Part shown: in pieces, positions 31,502 through 32,000 of the stretch
How the letters are laid out: each line of letters starts with the position of its first letter
How positions within the stretch are numbered: position 1 is the first letter of the stretch
From: a bacterium
GTDB taxonomy: Bacteria; UBP7; UBA6624; JBBIMK01
Assembly: GCA_037444445.1 (NCBI GenBank)
Contig: JBBIMK010000001.1
Span: forward strand, 120,001 to 152,000
DNA: 32,000 bases
Direction of reading: 5' to 3'
The notes under the pieces: generated by a model
What the model saw: the letters and a program-made list of their open reading frames with translations, nothing else
What the model was told of the DNA's origin: nothing
Databases searched by the model: none
Made by a program: the position numbers and the translations under genes

Positions 31502-32000
31502 CCTCTAAGTAACTCCGAAGTTCTTCTTCACTGATTTGATGAAAATCTATATAAAAACTGCCAACCGCAAAAAAGGGGGTGTCCACTGAATACACGCAAA
31601 TCGCATCCTCTACGAAGGAATGGAGTTTTGCAAGGGTATCAGCGGGGGAAACCGGGACGGCAATTCCGACCCTTGTATACCCAAACCTCTTCAGAGTCAA
31701 TGCAGCGGCAATGGCGGTGTAGCCTGTGGCAAGGCCATCGTCAATCACTAACGCCATCCTGGTCGGGTCAAGATAAGGGGGGAGTCCTTCCGCCAGATGC
31801 CGGTGAATTTCCTGGGTATTTTTAAGCACTCTCCCGGCAATCTTTTGAATTTCATTTTCCTTGAGATCCACTTCCCGAATAACTTCCTCATTTAAGTAAG
31901 TGGTTCCATCAAATGTGATGGCGCCGAATCCGGTTTCCGGGCTGAACGGTAAAGGCAATTTCCTGGATACAATCAGGTCCATGGGAGCGTTCAATTTTTC
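31449..32000 (-). CDS. phosphoribosyltransferase-family protein; 5' end runs off the window
   Basis: PRPP-binding motif ALVIDDGLATGYT. The frame stays open upstream of the ORF-track TTG start (..EKLNAPMDLIVSRKL), so the N-terminus most likely lies beyond position 32000. Confidence 0.7.
   Translation of the reverse strand, partial: EKLNAPMDLIVSRKLPLPFSPETGFGAITFDGTTYLNEEVIREVDLKENEIQKIAGRVLKNTQEIHRHLAEGLPPYLDPTRMALVIDDGLATGYTAIAAALTLKRFGYTRVGIAVPVSPADTLAKLHSFVEDAICVYSVDTPFFAVGSFYIDFHQISEEELRSYLEDARQKGLYAHAGVRTNL

Noticed and set aside
1-32000. CRISPR arrays, IS elements/transposases, rRNA, prophage or recognised defence-system gene sets
   Set aside because: No repeat-spacer periodicity, terminal inverted repeats, transposase or integrase-like ORFs, or multi-gene defence signatures were seen on either strand. 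HepT/MntA is the only such module.

Overview
Bacterial chromosomal window, almost fully coding. I saw no rRNA, CRISPR array or IS/transposase. All family calls and motif alignments were made by eye from the translations, with no searches run.

Layout:
(1) 1-11213, minus strand: a tightly packed housekeeping string, several junctions being 4-nt ATGA overlaps. Order is gmk > rpoZ > coaBC > SurA/parvulin-like > priA > def > fmt > PASTA 'kinase' > rpe > metK > AlkP-superfamily gene (runs off the window). This mirrors the gmk-rpoZ-coaBC-priA-def-fmt-...-prkC-...-rpe cluster known from Bacillus subtilis.
(2) 11214-11516: divergent control region with a perfect TTGACA-17-TATAAT promoter, a Fur-type 7-1-7 box and a 26-bp palindrome.
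(3) 11517-17192, plus strand: sufC-sufB-sufD-sufU-Rieske-sufS.
(4) 17330-23061, minus strand: DASS/SLC13 transporter, a decayed lgt remnant, a DinG/XPD-family helicase with a C-terminal HRDC domain, an MntA/HepT toxin-antitoxin pair, and tRNA-Trp(CCA).
(5) 23130-25805, plus strand: a double-length M16 (PqqL-like) zinc peptidase.
(6) 25959-30842, plus strand: a cobalamin riboswitch followed by btuF-like, ABC ATPase, FecCD permease and a TonB-dependent receptor. The receptor implies an outer membrane.
(7) 30830-32000, minus strand: an archaemetzincin-family protein and a phosphoribosyltransferase (runs off the window).

I do not see a convincing new multi-gene system such as a defence island. 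The most unusual signal is a recurring one. Several conserved enzyme families appear with their catalytic motifs ablated but their structural motifs kept: PriA without Walker A/DExH/motif VI, a PASTA kinase without the Lys/HRD/DFG residues, a parvulin without its two His, and an archaemetzincin without HExxH. There is also an unannotated lgt pseudogene hidden in a ~550-bp 'intergenic' gap.
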